A stretch of DNA of 63,110 nucleotides, counting the filler, from Rhabdomonas costata (Eukaryota), in assembly GCA_019059605.1 (NCBI GenBank). It is 53 parts of 53 records of this genome, joined end to end, with 100 filler letters (N's around TTAATTAATTAA, not from the genome) between each part and the next. Parts side by side here need not be neighbours in the genome. Positions count along the whole stretch, not along the records: positions 62,020 to 63,110 come from JAHMHO010029065.1; 52 more parts are not named here. The stretch is one strand, 5' to 3'. Each line of letters starts with the position of its first letter. Positions within the stretch are counted from its first letter, which is position 1. Below the pieces are notes generated by a model. It had not been told where the DNA came from, did no database searches, and saw nothing but the letters and a program-made list of their open reading frames with translations. Both the position numbers and the translations under genes were made by a program. Positions 62,473 through 63,110 of this stretch are shown here, in pieces.

Positions 62473-63069
62473 CGGGGGGAAGCTTGTCTGTGTAGCCCGA
62501 GGCGTGCTCGTGGCGAATTGGGTCCCGCTTGTAGCCCGGCGAGGGATTGATGTAGTTCTGCGCAGCACACCGCAAAACCGACAACGGTGAAGAGAGCCTG
62601 GGTCCATCGCATCATCACCATTTCTTTTTCTAAGACTGCCCACCTTGATCGACGAAAAAACTGTTCCCAACATGTTAATTTCTTTTGGACTTGCAGGGGG
62701 TTTGGGGATGGTATCACTTTGTAAACCAGGTCAATATGTTTGTTTCGAAGCTCCTTGGTGTTGGTCTATGGATATGCCGCTGTTTTCCAGATGTTTGGGA
62801 GACGATAGCTGTAGTCTCTCGCTTCTCACTATTCTCACCATTGCCCCATCTGGTTGTGATCAACTGATATCACGGTCTCCAGCACAAAAGTAAACGTATC
62901 AGAAAAGAAAAAGCGGCCCCGCACGCACATCTCTGTACTCGCTGTTTTCGAGCTTGGCACAGCTGGGCCTCCAGATGTGCGGGCAGTGGTGGGCCCCGCA
63001 GGTGCAGATCGTGCACAGGCAGTTTTGCCGCGGGCACAGGTTGGCCGAAACCAAGGCATCCCCGGAGAC
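62473..63069 (-). CDS. SAXO/FAM154 (MAP6-related axonemal microtubule stabiliser), two exons (63069-62929 and 62557-62473)
   Basis: CLCTICTCGAHHCPH N-terminal Cys motif followed by SEYRD|NY across a phase-0 GT-AG intron. Confidence 0.85.
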
Positions 63070-63110
63070 CTGCATCCCCAATTCCCCCCGCGGTATTTTC
63101 CAACCCCCAC

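Noticed and set aside
1-63110. Co-occurrence of M23, GNAT, methyltransferase, histidine kinase and viral genes as a gene cluster or defence island
   Set aside because: Each lies on a separate contig joined artificially, apparently grouped by length; there is no physical linkage.

Overview
This window is not a contiguous locus. It is a pseudo-scaffold of 53 unrelated ~1.09-kb contigs joined by artificial 100-bp linkers (N44-TTAATTAATTAA-N44), so nothing can be inferred from gene neighbourhood across linkers. G/T-only contig tails and fold-back inverted duplications at contig ends point to whole-genome-amplified, probably single-cell, DNA. Most contigs come from an intron-rich protist nucleus, probably a euglenozoan (trypanosomatid-like adenylate cyclase and centrin motifs, possible trans-splice acceptors, GT-AG and several likely GC-AG introns). 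Recognisable gene pieces are SMYD/ATXR2, WD40, DUF4804/MavL-like, OTU, centrin, adenylate cyclase, taspase, Sel1, histidine kinase, M23 peptidase, SmB, O-methyltransferase, GNAT, DUF1749, derlin, Nup93 and SAXO. The main items of interest: (1) two very AT-rich intronless contigs of probable giant-virus (Mimiviridae-like) origin, one an RNA polymerase largest subunit whose NADFDGD motif reads NADFDVD, the other a divergent gene pair with an AAAATTGA early-promoter motif on each strand; (2) a permuted Penelope-like retroelement starting in a (CA)n tract, plus tandem minimal hammerhead ribozyme motifs next to (CA)n on another contig; (3) strand-asymmetric non-coding contigs with arrays of covarying hairpins built from GNA triloops and tandem GA/GA mismatches, possibly from an organellar or episomal replicon; (4) bacterial-type enzymes carrying spliceosomal introns. 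All family calls come from motif recognition by eye; no database search was run.
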